Part shown: in pieces, positions 35,681-36,331 of the stretch
Position numbering within the stretch: the stretch's first letter is position 1
How the letters are laid out: each line of letters opens with the position of its first letter
NCBI RefSeq assembly: GCF_001194135.2
Contig: NC_068991.1
Coordinates: 27,460,849 to 27,497,179, forward strand
Reading direction: 5' to 3'
Source: Octopus bimaculoides
Lineage: Eukaryota
DNA: 36,331 nucleotides
Notes under the pieces: model-generated
Database searches by the model: none
Seen by the model: only the letters and a program-made list of their open reading frames with translations
What the model was told of the DNA's origin: nothing
Made by a program: the position numbers and the translations under genes

Positions 35681-35973
35681 AACGCTCTGGATCATTTATA
35701 TACAATATCGATAGCAGGGGGGAGCGAGCTCCTACTACCCTCCAGCAGTTAGCAGGATTACGGAACTGGTTCAGATTCGAGCTGTTTGGCACATCCTCAG
35801 CCGCGTTAGCGGAACCTGATCTAAGCTGTAACTCCAGTGCGCCGGTGCTCGCGGTTGAGGATGGGCTAAGCAGCACGAAACTGAGTCATCCCGCTATCCC
35901 GTTAGCTGCTGGAATGTACTAGGGATTCGATTCCCCTGCTACCGATGTATTGTATATAAAGAGTGCAGAGCGT
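35681..35973. other. 293-nt rod-like imperfect inverted repeat
   Basis: 35681-35809 versus reverse complement of 35846-35973: 99/126 aligned positions identical, 3 small indels, 36-nt loop. Confidence 0.95.
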
Positions 35974-36331
35974 TATATAGATAAAGGGTGCCTGGGGCTA
36001 AACAAGCATCAACATTCAACTGCCACTTGCGATTTTATAACTAGCTATTTTGCTTGCTATATATATATATTATACACATGTAAATATGGTGTATGCTTGT
36101 ATGTGTGTATATATGCATGTGTCTGCATGTATATATTTATATATATACATACATTTATACATATATACATATATATATATACATACATATCTATACATAT
36201 ATACCCATATATATATATAAATATATACATACATACCCATATAAATATATACATACATACGCATGCATTAATACACACATACAAGCATACACCATACTTA
36301 CATGTGTATAATATATATATATATATATATA

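Noticed and set aside
35791-35875. Resemblance to the antigenomic HDV ribozyme (CUCGCGGU; CAUCC/GGAUG followed by GGCUAAG)
   Set aside because: No P1/P2/P3/P1.1 nested double pseudoknot can be built in the required order.
35849-35893. Hammerhead-like string in the rod (UUGAGGA...GAAAC-uga-GUC on +; CUGAGGA...GAAUC on -)
   Set aside because: Core substitutions, a broken stem II and no stem I adjacent to the triplet. The two strings are related simply because the arms are complementary.

Overview
AT-rich, microsatellite-dense eukaryotic scaffold with about 14% N in 11 gaps. The SINE families resemble those I recall from Octopus, so the taxon is inferred. I recognise no intact host gene, rRNA, tRNA gene or CRISPR array, and nearly all listed ORFs are artefacts of (TA)n/(CA)n repeats or N runs. 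Explainable content is decayed mobile DNA: three mariner copies, a Tc1/maT-like fragment, two head-to-tail R4/Dong-clade non-LTR copies (RT, CCHC, restriction-like endonuclease), a Penelope-like GIY-YIG remnant, about 11 SINE fragments and several minisatellites. The unexplained signal is structural rather than coding: (i) a 293-nt, 51% GC, rod-like imperfect foldback at 35681-35973; (ii) a gapless 76-bp-arm foldback at 7190-7384; (iii) a perfect 27-bp hairpin and a 104-bp palindrome near 16.1-16.7 kb; (iv) two hammerhead-core motifs on the minus strand, one with all core strands present in a non-canonical, pseudoknot-like order (11890-11966). All alignments and counts were done by eye, and all functional readings are hypotheses.
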